A stretch of 59,421 nucleotides of DNA, filler included, from Porpidia crustulata (GCA_964255105.1; 7 parts of 7 records of this genome joined end to end with filler, not necessarily neighbours in it); one strand, 5' to 3'; counted from the first letter of the whole stretch, positions 12,415 through 25,560 are shown. The notes: generated by a model not told the origin, from the sequence alone. Program-made: numbers and translations.

Positions 12415-12912
12415 CTACGACCCGGCCAGTACACGCCGCACCACGACCTTGAAGACCTTCTTCGGTCCGATAAAGGATCGACCGCCCGCCCAGGTCCCAC
12501 TGACACATTGCTGAATAATCTCCTGGGCCGGGCCAATGAACTCAAACTCTGAGAATACATCCTCGATTACTCTTGCTCCGCGCGGCGTAGATCTCCATAC
12601 GCCGATTTCGAGCATGCATGTTCCATGTTTCCATTCTTTGATCGTCGTTTGCGACACCTCGACCGTCCACTTTCTTTTCTCTGCCAGATATGGATCATCG
12701 AGGATACGGCTGATGACCACTCCACAATCGGCTTTGGAGGGACTCGCGACGGGTACAAGATATTGGAAGCAGTTGATGCCACGATTCGAAGGCGCGCTTA
12801 GAGTGGAGTTGAAGAGCATGCTTGATGCATCGAGCATGAGTGGTGGAAGAGCAAGGACGATGTTGAGGAACACAAAGCCGGACACAACATGAAATATCCG
12901 TAAACACCTCAT
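12415..12912 (-). CDS. Small secreted cysteine-containing protein of unknown function (165 aa)
   Basis: ATG at 12912, hydrophobic signal peptide ending VLA-LP, four Cys in the mature region (INCF, ADCG, GTCM, QQCV), and a C-terminal GG-x-x-x-IG pattern. No introns. Confidence 0.7.
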   Translation of the reverse strand: MRCLRIFHVVSGFVFLNIVLALPPLMLDASSMLFNSTLSAPSNRGINCFQYLVPVASPSKADCGVVISRILDDPYLAEKRKWTVEVSQTTIKEWKHGTCMLEIGVWRSTPRGARVIEDVFSEFEFIGPAQEIIQQCVSGTWAGGRSFIGPKKVFKVVVRRVLAGS

Positions 12913-14578
12913 GATAACGGGGGTTGGAACAGAGGCATTGGGATAGCAGATCACACTTGGTGTGATGAAGAATTTGAGCAGAGCAGGATGTATTGCGCAC
13001 GCATGTATTTCTCATGCGGGTGTAAGAAAAGCGCTTAACTGTTTGGGCATACAACAAGTACAATAAAGCGACTACTGAGATGCGGTGCGCATCAAGTTCA
13101 AGGCGCTGCTGGATTCTTCGTTGTCGCATTTCCGATGTAGCTCTTGGACTTTGATACTCTATCCACAAATGTTCTATACCTAACGAACGCGCGCTCAATC
13201 TTGCCTGAGTCGTCATGATTGGTCGCTTCGGCGGAGCAAAAGTTATCGCGAAAATCTCAGTATTCAAGACTCCTCCAGACAAAAGTGGATAAGTTTGCAT
13301 TGACGGCTTTGCCTATAAAGCTGGAAAAGATTCAGCTGGTTTTGTTTTCAGCACAATCATTCACGCGAGTGCAGTTGACTACGAAGCGCATCTCAACAAG
13401 TAGCGATCACGCAGCTTAGCAGGATATCGCGTTTTCACAGATGACCATACAAGCAAGTGCCTCGAAAAAGGATCAAACGTTGATCTGAATCTCCTCTCCA
13501 TTATAATTGCTGCTAAGCCTGCTGTTGTCGATAATTAGAATTCTAGTTCCAGTCTTGCTTCCGTATCAATCCTAGTCTCTCATTTTCTTGATTTATTATT
13601 CTACGTCCAATATCCGGCTTGCTTGCGTTTTATTAGCTTCTACTTTTTTTCGCTCAGTCTTCTTCCCTTTTTCTCAGCTTCCTATGCACTGACGGCTTCT
13701 ATCAATTGTCTTAATAGATCCAAACCCTATGGACTGTTCTGCCCCATACCGAGCTGCGAGATAGTGAATAGCAGTCGCGCTGAGTGTTCTTCCTCAGCGT
13801 GTTGTCCCTGCCTCAACAATTCCAAGCCGAGATTGCTCCGTACTGATCAAAGAACCGTTATCAGTGACCTGTTGGTCTTTTCATCTCGAGGTTTCAACTT
13901 CCGACATCATGGCTCCTCTACCTATGCATTCAAATCCTATTCATTTGCAGCAAGCCTAGTCTACGCATTGCTTCAAGCATATCCAGGTGATCTGATTCAA
14001 TGGTTCTTTGCTTCGCGACGATATCCATCGTCACGACATTATTGAGATCTGGGAGCAAGCTCTTCGGACGTGAGATCTAACCACTATAAGTTCTAAAGCT
14101 CGAACTGTGTAGTCGGAGAGTGGGTCACTCACGGAAGCCTTCTAGAGTCGAGATCCAGAAGCGGTCAGCACTCAGAGGTAGGCTTTGGCTCAGCGTCAGC
14201 CATGGTTAGTTCTTGACCAAAGGACCATCCTGCGCTTTGAAAGTACGAAGATTGGCGCCTTCTTGAGTTACTTGAATACAATGACCGCAGCTTCTGATAT
14301 TCCGCATAGCATAATCCGACGTGCCAGCTCTATGGTACTCTACCATTAAAATAGCTGGGCTGCTGCTGCCTTGAATTTTCCAGCCAATTTGATCTTGAAG
14401 CTCTTTCAAGCTCAGCCTACATACACATCGAATGTAGCCGGTCATTCAGACGCTTTTGAGTTACTATCTAAGATACGGCAATTTGTGCAGTCTGCATGGT
14501 TATTAACTTGATGTACATTTGGCTGCTTCTACTGCCACTGGTCTATTCCTCGTACTTCTAGTAAACGGAATGGTACTT

Positions 14579-15474
14579 TCAATTCCGAAATGGCCATCCA
14601 TCAAGTCCCAAAGTCAGAAATCCATCATCTTTGAATCTTGCCTTCGACTTCATCTCCTCCACATCCCAGTTTGCCCACACAAACTTTCCCTTCAGAAACG
14701 TTGCCTCTGGGCTACACAACCACACGATAAATGCAGCTGGTAGACTAGCTAGACGATCCGTCAGCGAATGAACAGTTACTTGAGAAATCGAAGCCTACCA
14801 CTGTCATGCCCCTCTGTTAATCCCACTTTCTTCAACATATCGGATTTCACAACACCAGGATGTACGTTGAAAACCCTCAGCTCCGGATTTTCCTCCTGCA
14901 CCAGTTGAAAGAACTTGGCACTCGAAAGCTTCGAAGCCGCATATGACGAAAACCCAGGTAATCTCTCCTGCATATGCGCCATGGCGGCACTCACGTTGAC
15001 GATCGTCGCGTTGGCTGAAGCGACCTTCAGGAAAGCTTGGGCGACGACGAAGCTACCTTTGACATTGACCTCGAACCCACGCCACCACTCCGCAACCGCG
15101 GAATCCTTGATGGGCGCCGCATTCGGCAGGTAACCCGCATTGTTCACTACGACATCGACGACCCCGACAGTTGCAAAAGCACGGTCCGTGGCCTCTTGGT
15201 CCACAACATCTGCAACAAAGACCGTAACCGCAACACCTTTGAATTCTCTCTCCACATCCACCTTGGTCGCAAGCAACCTGGACTCCGTACGCCCACTGAT
15301 CGCAATCTTGGCCGCCCCAGCCTTCGCAATCGCCTGAACGATAGCGACGCCAATACCCGCTCCACCGCCCGTGACGAACACGCTCTTGCCTTTTAGCGAC
15401 AGCTCAGGGCGAGCGGGATCAATGGCGTCGTAAAGTGTATTGTGCCAGGTTTTTGTGGGCGAAGGGAAAGCCAT
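14579..15474 (-). CDS. Short-chain dehydrogenase/reductase
   Basis: VTGGGAGIG, VNNAG, YAASK and HPGVVKSDM motifs. Splicing the intron at about 14798-14750 yields LPAAFIVWLCSPEATFLKGKFVWANWDV...GWPFRN*. Confidence 0.9.
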
Positions 15475-15879
15475 TGGGAGATTCACAAATGCCAGTCTGT
15501 AGTTTTGAAGCTACTTGATGGACTGCAACTTTCAGAACCGCCAGGAAACGTGAGCCCAGAGCTCTTGGAGTCCTTTCTCGACAGAGCGTACGAGGGTTTG
15601 GTGATTTGAAATCATCATATGCAGTATGACGCAAGGTGGTGCAGGCGGCAGGATCCCACAGGTTGGTACCCACGACTACTTTTCCTGGGGAATCTTTTGG
15701 GCTGAGCGCATGTATTGGCCATTCAACGGTCTAGATCTTTCTTGGTAATCGAGTTTCTACGAATTGGACCGCACCGTCTTTGTCATCCTGTGCATCTAAG
15801 GTCAGCATCGATGACCCGGCCACTTCTATCCTTTCAATCTCCTGAACCTCAGGCCTAATCCGTTCTCCCGGCCATTATT

Positions 15880-16082
15880 CAACCCTTGAGATACAACCCT
15901 TAATACATATAGGAAAAATCCACCTAGGAACCCCGAATTGGAAATATTCATTTATTTGCAAATATCTTTCTTTCCACTCCGCTATCCTTTCTATCGTGCA
16001 ACTCTCGAGATACAACCCCTGGTATATAGAAAATCCCACCCAAGAATCCCGAATTGGAAGTATTCATCTATTTGCAAATATC
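15880..16082. repeat. Degenerate direct repeat (about 85-nt core, 2 copies, about 118-nt period)
   Basis: CAACCCTTGAGATACAACCCT...CCCGAATTGGAAATATTCATTTATTTGCAAATATC versus CAACTCTCGAGATACAACCCC...CCCGAATTGGAAGTATTCATCTATTTGCAAATATC. Most differences are transitions. Confidence 0.8.
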
Positions 16083-16951
16083 CTTCTTTATCTCGTTGCA
16101 CGGATCTTCGATCTTACGGAAACATGTATATATGTATATATATATATATGTGTCTTACGTATTTAGTATCTAATTTTTTAATCTACTTATTCCTCATCGC
16201 CTTCTCCGAACAATTCTCAGCTTGGTGAGTGCTAAAAGGCGGTTTGAAAAAAAAGTCCTATATCTAATTGCGTCATTCTTGGAAGATTCAGACCTTTTTC
16301 GTACCGTTTCGATTAGATGGATGGGTGGGTGTCTTATATATTTGGTATATCTATCGCGCTCTTCTATACATCTCTCGAAAGAATTGGACATTTTTGTTAC
16401 GGCTGGATTAGTATCTTTCTTACTACAGCGCCCTTCTATCGGCCGTATATCTACGTATCTACATCTCTTGGTAATCCATAACTTTCTCTTTCCAAGGAGT
16501 TCGGCCCATGTTGCTATACTTGCAGAGAGGTCTTTTTTCTTTCTCTTTTTCTCTCTCTAATTTTGTATCATACTGGGGTGATTTGAAGTTATGAGAATAT
16601 GTACATTAATCTATTCGATTATTTGTTATCATAATACCTTGCGAATGATACCATCCACTACTTGAATCCTGCCATTCATTCATATCCCAGACAATCCGCG
16701 ACATCTCAACTCCCACCCATCCATTCTCATTCACCACAAACTCCCCGACCTCACCTCGTCTTCCCGAACACAAACTTGTGATTCTTTTACGAAAAATTGT
16801 GAGAAAAGGTCTTGTTGTATATTTACGAGAGCGAAGATTGCATAATTTGGGAGTTTCTTCATGTACCTACCCTCATCATACATATCAACACCCCTATCAG
16901 CATTTCCACAATCCCCAATCCTATACCTCCTTTCCATATCTCCTTCCATTC

Positions 16952-17051
16952 NNNNNNNNNNNNNNNNNNNNNNNNNNNNNNNNNNNNNNNNNNNNTTAAT
17001 TAATTAANNNNNNNNNNNNNNNNNNNNNNNNNNNNNNNNNNNNNNNNNNNN
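16952..17051. other. Artificial contig-joining spacer
   Basis: N-run + TTAATTAATTAA + N-run, 100 nt. Confidence 0.97.
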
Positions 17052-17069
17052 CCCCATCATATATCCCCA

Positions 17070-17489
17070 ATGTGCGTCCAACAACACAAACTCTTCTCCT
17101 GCTACCACCAACAACCCTGCAACACCTTCCGCTGCTACGCACTCGACATGGACGACCCCAACCACCCCTGGGGCCGCAACGACCATTTCTTCCGCGAACA
17201 ATGCTACTACTCCACCCGCATGTCTTCCTACCCCATCAACAACACCGATTGGACCGGCTGGTCCCCCTCCAAACTCCAGCTCGTGCAAACAGTTTTAACA
17301 GCCAGCGGTGATGTGAAAACGGCTCGAGAAGAAATCATGCATGATATTGAGGAGAGGAGACAGGCACATGAGGCATGGATGTTGGCGTTGGATAGGGAAG
17401 AAGCGAGACAGAACCGTGGTGGTGGTGCGGCAGAAAGAAGAAGCGAGACAGAATCGTGGTGGTTCTGGAAGACGTTTTTTTGGTGGTAG
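17070..17489 (+). CDS. Hypothetical protein (139 aa)
   Basis: Open ATG-to-TAG frame with a strong third-position C bias in its 5' half and an MCxxxHxxFxCxH N-terminus. No family recognised. Confidence 0.45.
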   Translation: MCVQQHKLFSCYHQQPCNTFRCYALDMDDPNHPWGRNDHFFREQCYYSTRMSSYPINNTDWTGWSPSKLQLVQTVLTASGDVKTAREEIMHDIEERRQAHEAWMLALDREEARQNRGGGAAERRSETESWWFWKTFFWW

Positions 17490-18273
17490 GACTTGTTCGC
17501 GCGGGCGCGGATGAGGAGGGGGAGGGTCCAGTCGGTGCAGGTGGGTGAGTAAAGGGGGTGAGAGAAACTTTTCTAGATATCTCGCTGGCTTTATCGGCGC
17601 AGTAGAGATGGCGGTCAAAGACGTTGGGTTAATTTTAGAATTATTAGAGCCCTTGCACTGAACCAATCTGGCACTTTTAAGCGTTTTAGAGCGTGCGTTT
17701 GATTTGGCGAAGGAAAAAAAGGGAGTGTCCAATAAAGTGTAGATGTGCGGAGTCCCATACTAGATTTACAAAATTCGACAGCAAAACGTACCCTTACTTC
17801 ATTGATCCCAAGCCCAAATCAACCGAAACGATGGGAGCTGGGACACCATCATGAATTTGTTCTTCTTCACCATACACTCCCACTGTCTCCTAGCAATTTT
17901 TTGCTTCATGTCTCCAAGGGTAACAAAATATTTAGAGGCGGCAAAGGATCGTGCATTCAATTGGATATCTTTTAGACGTATGGAAGTGACTGGGCGGACA
18001 AGGTCGACTACGAAGAGCTACACTTGGGGGTCAATATATTTGGCAGAGGATAGCAGGCAAGACAGTGGAATAAGAGAACTCAATCGTTGTAAGTAATTGA
18101 GACGCTGAACACGAATATATACGTTCGGTAATAATTCCCCAGTCGGCCCATGCAATCGTATTCTCTTCAAAGAATGGCTAGAGCATGTTGTGAAAGTGCT
18201 TCCTCAATAACGGGCCATAATAACGTCCCACCAAACGCACCATCGCTATGCTTGGAGACCAAACGACTCCTCA

Positions 18274-18894
18274 TCAGTGTTCATCAGATTCGGCGTATCG
18301 ACCAATGGCGAGTTCTCCCAGGAAAGTGCCCCCGAGTACAGAGAGGAAATAACCAATGTTCATGGTCATGACAGCAAGCATCCTGATGATCCATTAGATT
18401 CCACACGACAACACCTTGCATGACATCAAGACTTACAGTAAATACCCGACTCCTGTCATCAACGTCACGTAGGCCGCTCGAGATATGTCCACACTCATCC
18501 TCCAAGGCATAACAGGCCTCGTGTGGCTCTTCACCACCTTGATATGTTCCTCCACTCCTCTTTCAGTAATCAAGAACCCGTCCTTCGTTTCATTATCGGT
18601 CCCTATCCGCTCCACTTCTTTAGGAACACCCCGCACCGCGACATATCTTCGCTTCAGCGCCTTGTCCAGCCATCGGTGCTCGAGGATATGTTTGCCTGCA
18701 AAGAGGCATCGGAAAATAAGAGCAAGCGTGATAAGGAAGATACAAGTGGCTGCGTAAGATGCTGTGCTTGTGGGTATCCATGCATTGGAATAGATAGCAG
18801 TTGAAGTTGAACTGAAGAAGACGTTATTCATGATTGACATGTCCATTTTCACGGGTACTGGAGTTGGAGTGGTATTGTCAGAGGACATGTACAT
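18274..18894 (-). CDS. Ctr-family copper transporter
   Basis: Met-rich N-terminus (MDMSIMNNVFF) and TM1 YAATCIFLITLALIFR. After the intron at about 18436-18383 come GYLLMLAVMTMN (MxxxM) and GTFLG (GxxxG). The start could instead be a downstream Met. Confidence 0.9.
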
Positions 18895-19641
18895 CTTGTT
18901 CGAACGTATTGAGAAGGGACACGGGCTTGCTGAAGAGTACCTAGCAGGCAAGCGCTATGGTGCGAGTAGGAACCATTAAAAATAAATCATCATGAGATTT
19001 CGACGGATGGGCAAGAGCCATGCATATGGCATGATAGATAACTTGCTCAATCTGCCTCGAGACAAAGGCTGACGGGAGCCCTGCAGAAACTAGCTTGAAG
19101 ATAATGGCAGTGCAGATAAAACGGCCAGTGGCTAGAGCATGTTCCCATTGCCTCCTCCGTCGCTTCCTCTACCGCCATGGTTCTCATCAACAGTCGGCGG
19201 CTTGTTGGTCCAGGCAGAATGATGAAGACTCTACCCACATGGTCTTGCCCATTAGCTGGGACTCTCGCGAATCAGGAACGATCAATGCAATCATGTGACT
19301 GTGGATCAATTGCATCGAGTAAGACCATGGTAGGTACATAGCGCAGTCTTGGTACTACTGTCTATCTTACATCTCAGCATCTTCGCTTTTCTTCTCGATC
19401 ACATCATCGAGACTATTTTCTTCCTCGTCATATTTTAGCTTTTGTATCAATTGATGTAGACTTTCTCTATCATCATATCTGTGGCTTTGTCTCTTTGTGG
19501 TATTGCCAATCTCTTGTTCTACAGCTGCAGAGAGCGAAGCGAGATTTCCTGTCGTACTGAAGCACACGACATCAACTTTAGAACTCATGAAGTAGTGAAA
19601 CGTCAAAACAATTCAGGAGGTCTGTTGAGCATACCATCGAC

Positions 19642-21884
19642 ATGGACATGTCAGGTATGAGCATGGGGGGTGGGGATGGCGACATGGGGAATACATCAAT
19701 GGGCAACGGCGTCCCTAGTCTATTCTACTTGCAGCAGATATTCTGGGCCGTCGTTGGAACAGTCATAGCCTGTGCGACTGTTGTCAACATCTACAACAAG
19801 ATTCTTTGCAGACAGAGGTCAGTCATATATAACCCAAGATGCGAGGACGCATGTCTAATGAAACATGCAGGCTTTCAGCAGCCAATCAAGGCAAAGACAC
19901 ACCTGCAAAACCAAAAGCTCTGTTTCCCTCCATCATTGCCACTATGACTGCGATCTCTCGGGAAATCGCACATGTCTCTGTTCCTGTCCCTGTTGCCAAC
20001 AGAATTCGCTGGACATCCCCCCCTCTTTTTCGTATACTCCTGGTCCTTGGCGAGCTCGTTGTTGTGCTTGTGCTATGCTTTTACAAGCTCAATCCTAGGG
20101 ATCAATGGCAGTGGGAAAATATAGGATATCGTACGGGATTCATTGCCACTGCTCAATTACCACTTATCTTCCTGCTGGCGGGTAAGAATAACATCATTGG
20201 GTTTCTCATCGGCTCCAGCTACGAAAGACTGAATTGGCTGCACCGATGGGCTTCGCGGATATTGTGGCTCACGGTCACCATTCATATGGGATTCTGGTTC
20301 ACGAGTTGGGCCAGATATGACTACATCAGGGTCAAATTGTATACGGACAATATGACGCAAACCGGATTTGCTTCATGGTGCATTTTGACATGGATCGTCT
20401 TCAGCTCAATTGCCCCCACCCGAAGATGGAATTACGAGCTTTTCGTTGTCCAGCATCTCATCTCATTCGTGGGCTTCATTCCAGCAGTTTATCTACATGT
20501 ACCTGATGAAGTACGTGTATGGCTTTGGATCTCCATAGGACTTTTTATCATGGACCGCTGTGCCCGTGCGCTCACACTCGCTTACGCCAATCTCTCCATC
20601 TTCCACCCGAAGAGCAATACAAATGGATTCTGGGCGTGCAGAGCTACGTTCGAACCACTCGCATCTGACGCGACACGTATCGTGATCAGTAACCCTCCTA
20701 TTCAATGGACAGTAGGCCAGTATATGCATATATCCTGCCATGGTATTGCGCCACTGCAGTCTCATCCCTTTACGGTTGCTTCGATACCCCAAGATGGACG
20801 GATGGAATTCCTGGTCAAATCCAAGGCTGGAGGAACAAAACGTTTCTTCAAGCATGCTAAAAATCATCGAATGCTTTGTTCAACCAGCGGAGCTCCTATG
20901 AGTTCGTACATACGTACTGTGACCATCGAAGGACCCTATGGACGCATGAGGCCTTTGAGGCAATTTGATAGCGTTATAATGTTCGCAGGAAGTAGTGGTG
21001 GCACCTTTACAGTGCCGTTAATGCGAGACATAGTGTCTGCATGGAAATCGCCTCATTCGAACGGACTCTCACCGTTTCAGACATTGGCTCCAATAGGCGC
21101 AGTCACCCGATACATTCGCTTCATTTGGGTGGTAAAATCAAGACAGCAATACAGCTGGTTCTCCCCACAGCTGACAGTAGTAGCGCAAGATGCTGAGAAT
21201 TTGAGAAAAGAAGGGCTTGAGATTGAGGTTGAGATGAGTATCTACGTCACCTGTGATGACAGCCTTGAAGCCGACGATCAGGCGCCTCGGCCAAAAACTG
21301 TTGATCCTGAACACGGAGAACCAAAAGCAGCCGACAACAAGAAGATCCCGATACTTTTCGATGAGAAATTCGAAGACAGATCTGAAGCAGATACATTATC
21401 GACCCACTCTACATCATCCCAACTCGAACATCGTTCATCCCTTTATACAACCTGTGGCCCAGATGGTACCTGCTGCTGCCGAACAACCATCGAAGACGAA
21501 GACGTTATCTCCCCACCGGCAGCATCCTGTCAATGTAACTGTACTACTCTTACTGCCTCCGCAGGCTTCTCAACTACCATGCCTCCCCTATCTACCAACA
21601 AAAACATTCAGTCTACACCCTCTTTACCCGCCTTGGAAAAACCCACAACAATTCCCACCCTTCCTCCAGGTATATCCATGCGATCTGGACGTCCACAGCC
21701 TCGTACTCTCATCCGCAAAACACTAGAGCAAGCAGCGGGCGAGAGTGCTGTGGTCGTGTGCGGGCCACCAGGATTGGTAGAGAACGTGAGAAAGGCGGTG
21801 GTGGGGCTTAGTGACGAAAGAGCAGTGCATAAAGGAACTGGAGCACAGGGCGTGTACTTGCATGCCGAGTCGTTTGAGTATTAG
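19642..21884 (+). CDS. Ferric/cupric reductase (FRE/NOX-like transmembrane reductase)
   Basis: Heme-ligating His pairs (NWLHRW...HMG and QHL...YLH), FAD motif HPFT, EGPYG, CGPPG, and terminal ESFEY. Intron at about 19818-19870. Confidence 0.93.
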
Positions 21885-23870
21885 TGAGAGATTCTAGGGG
21901 AACATGGCATTTCTGGAGCGTTGGCTTGCATCGGGCAAGGGTGTTGGCGGGCATGCTGCTGGTGTGATTCACCTAAAATTACTTGGTGGGCGGAATTGTA
22001 GAACGTCGTGCCTCACACATATCCAGATGCACATATTAACCACGGCTGTAGACACCGAATCATGGGTATTTCATGCATAACACTCGTTTATGCCGTCCAA
22101 TTACGATATTCATTGGTGAATTTATACTTTCTTCTGCCACGTGGGCCAATCTTCCTGATCATTTCTTCTTCTTTCTCAGCTCAACACAGGAATTCGGAGA
22201 TACGGATTTTGAGGTATTATTGGAAGGCTTGAAGTCGATGTGCTTGCTGTCAGTGCATAATCAACCAAATAGAGTCTTGAGCCGCTTGAGTGTGTGATTT
22301 CTATTCGACTGCTTATCTTGCATGTTTACTCGTCAGTCATGTTATCAAGCTTACGATGCAAGTGTTTTGCCATACCACCGATTAAGCTATCGTAGCCTCC
22401 TCCAGGCGCAGATTTCGCTTCAGCTGTCTCGTTCCGGCCCACAAGAGCGCAAAAGACAGTTCGAATTATAATCTCGCATGGGATCATGCTCCAGCCTCAA
22501 TGATAGCCTTGGTATAAGATGTAGACGGGCTTTCTACCAGCTACGGGTCCGCGAGCAGTTCTATCCGACTGCACAGGTGGGCATCCGGATTCCGAATTTC
22601 AGCCGCCGTGGACCTTTCGACCCAACCAATTCTCCCATTGTCCACTTATCCATTGACAAAGCCTACCAAGGGACTATTCGACTACATGGAGGCGTGACAG
22701 AGTAAGAAATCCCCGGCGCCCAATCAAGGCTTGTACGCTCATGTACGTGGTATCACAGATCACTCGACATGTCGCAGGAGCACATGCCTCGATCTCCCTT
22801 GCGCTGCCGAATAGCAGGCGGTACAATACATGATCGAGTATCATACGTGGAGTGGCATGCACCTCATCGCCAAGGAGAACGGCTAGATCTCGGGTAGATC
22901 TCACCGACGAAGATGGATGGCAAGAAGTCTCCGGGAGTGAGCCGCACCAGCTGAACCAGGAAGCGGGGCGCGCATGCTCTGCATGTCAACTTTCTCACCG
23001 CTAGTATGGCAGAAGGTCATAGCGCACGCTGAAGCACAAATTGATAGGTGAGGCACTACCTCATCCACGAATTGCATTGATACATCAGTAAATATTCGCT
23101 TGCCTGTGAACCCTCGGGACGGTGATACGTGCCACGTATTCCACCTGCAACCCATGTAGTGTACGCTCAGCTCTCGATCTCGGTTTAAGAGCAGTAGCGT
23201 AGTTATCTAGTGTCTAGAACATCAGTGAAATCTCATAGACACGATAGCACAGGAACGGGGCACCGAGCTGTCCTCACATATCAAATTCTCAACATCTCCC
23301 AAACTCAATCTCATAACCCTAAATGTCAGATCTGGCGCTAGATCTTTCCTGGGATAAGTCCAGGATACGCTAAGCTAGCGTGGATAGGCTTTCGGGCTCC
23401 GATCTGCAATTGTTTCGAATTCATCATCATCGCTTTCCATTTCGATGACGGTAGGCGGCGCGGAAAGTTGTGCACAGAAATTTTCACATTTTCACTTGAT
23501 GTGCTTTGCGGCAAGGCAAGACTTAGCATATATTCCACCATGCTAATAAAGGGATGTCCTACGGAGGCCGTACGTAGCCTGCGTTCACCGTCCACCGGCC
23601 TACAAGTACGAGTGGGTGCCATGCTAGTCTCCCATGTCCATAATTTCAATCCACAGGAAGGAGTCCTACTTCGACAACTTCCTCTTTACTCATGCTCTAA
23701 ATATATGTATCGAACAGTTCGCCCCGCGTCAACGTCATAACTCTGAACCACGTTTGACCTCCTTGACGTGCTGTTAAGTGCCTGCTGAATGCATCTATGC
23801 CAACCTTCGCTCAAGTCTTTTTCTATTACTACTACTAAACAGCTTCCCATCCATCGTGCTTGCTGCCAAG

Positions 23871-25384
23871 ATGTCTAACCCCCGGGTCCTGATCTATCTT
23901 CTAAGGCGAGACCTCCGCTTCGCAGATAATCCTATTCTCCACGAAATCTCCAAAACCTTCCGACAATCGCAACACCCGTTTACGCATCTACTCCCTGTCT
24001 ACGTCTTCGCAGCGCAGCAAGTCGAAGTCTCAGGCTTTCTCTCGTCTGATTCAGACCGTTCGCCTTATCCGGAAGCTCGGTCCAATGTTGCCGGATTTTG
24101 GAGGTGCGGGCCTCATCGAACAAAATTTCTCGCAGAAAGTATATGGGATTTGAAAAAGTCGCTAGGCGGTGTCGGGAGTGGGTTGGAAATACGGGTTGGT
24201 ATGGTGGGACAGGTGGTCAAGGATATGCTTGATGGCTTTCAAAAGTCGAGTACAGAGGTAGTTGGGGTATGGATGACGAGTGAGGAGGGTGTAGAGGAGG
24301 CAGCTGAGGAACACGATGTGAGAAAAGCTGCCGAAGGTGCCAAAGCGCAGTTCAGGTTATGGACTGACGAGAAATACTATGTTGATGAGTGAGTTATCCA
24401 GAAACAATCTCCCCCAATAGTAGAGCTAACGGCCATAGTCGCGACATTCCATTCAAGAACCCCAAAGCCCTACCTGATGTCTTCACCACCTACCGCAAAC
24501 AAGTCGAACCTCTTCGAGAAGCCCCTCGCCGCGTGCTTCCTGCCCCCTCTAAGCTTCCTCCACTCCCCCCTTCGATACCACCGCAACACGGCCCCTTTGC
24601 AATTCCCAATTCACTCAGCGACACGATCTCGGCCCTCCATAAACCCTTGTCGAAATCGCTTGGCCTCAATCACGTCCCTGAATACCCACCAAAAGCTACC
24701 TCGGCACATCCATTCCTCGGCGGCGAATTCACCGGCCATGAAAGAATCAAACACCTCATCACAAGCGGCAGCATGACCGCTTACAAAGACACTCGGAACG
24801 GCACCCTCGGCGAAGACTTTAGCACCAAACTCAGTGCCTGGCTTGCGTTGGGATGTGTCACCGCCCGACAAACCCACGAATACCTACTCAACTTCGAGGA
24901 TGGCAAAACCGAGCTCGGCAAAGGCGTCCAAGGTTATGGCAAAGGCGAAGGCAAAGGAACCGCTGCCGTGAGATTCGAACTGCTATGGCGCGACTATTTT
25001 CGCCTGGCCACCCGCAAATTCGGCCCCCGCCTGTTCCGCATCGGCGGTTTCAAGGAAGACACGTCCTACTCGTGGAAGTCCCCCAAAAAGGATAAAGTCG
25101 TGCAATCGCAAGTCTCACGTTTCCTCGACGGCACCACCGGTACCGGCTTCATCGACGCGAGCATGCGTGAGCTGTTCCTGACCGGCTACACCAGCAATCG
25201 ACTGCGGCAGAACGTGGCGAGTTTCCTCGCCAAGCATCTGGGTATCGATTGGCGTATCGGCGCCGAGTGGTACGAGTGTATGTTGGTGGATTACGACCTC
25301 AGCAGCAACTGGGGCAACTGGCAGTATACCGCCGGCGTAGGCAACGATCCGCGAGAAACCCGCGTTTTTAATCCTATCAAGCAG
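23871..25384 (+). CDS. DASH-family cryptochrome/photolyase (3' truncated at contig end)
   Basis: LRRDLRFADNP, FWRCGPHR, YKDTRNG, FELLWRDYF, SNRLRQNVASFL and NWGNWQYTAGVGNDPR motifs. Intron at about 24389-24438. A second intron begins at 25385 and runs into the spacer. Confidence 0.92.
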
Positions 25385-25460
25385 GTGAGTCCCATCCCTT
25401 ACATTTGAGTTTCCCTCATTATCATCATGTGTCGAATCCACGACTAATGCCCCTCCCCCC

Positions 25461-25560
25461 NNNNNNNNNNNNNNNNNNNNNNNNNNNNNNNNNNNNNNNN
25501 NNNNTTAATTAATTAANNNNNNNNNNNNNNNNNNNNNNNNNNNNNNNNNNNNNNNNNNNN
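25461..25560. other. Artificial contig-joining spacer
   Basis: N-run + TTAATTAATTAA + N-run, 100 nt. Confidence 0.97.
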
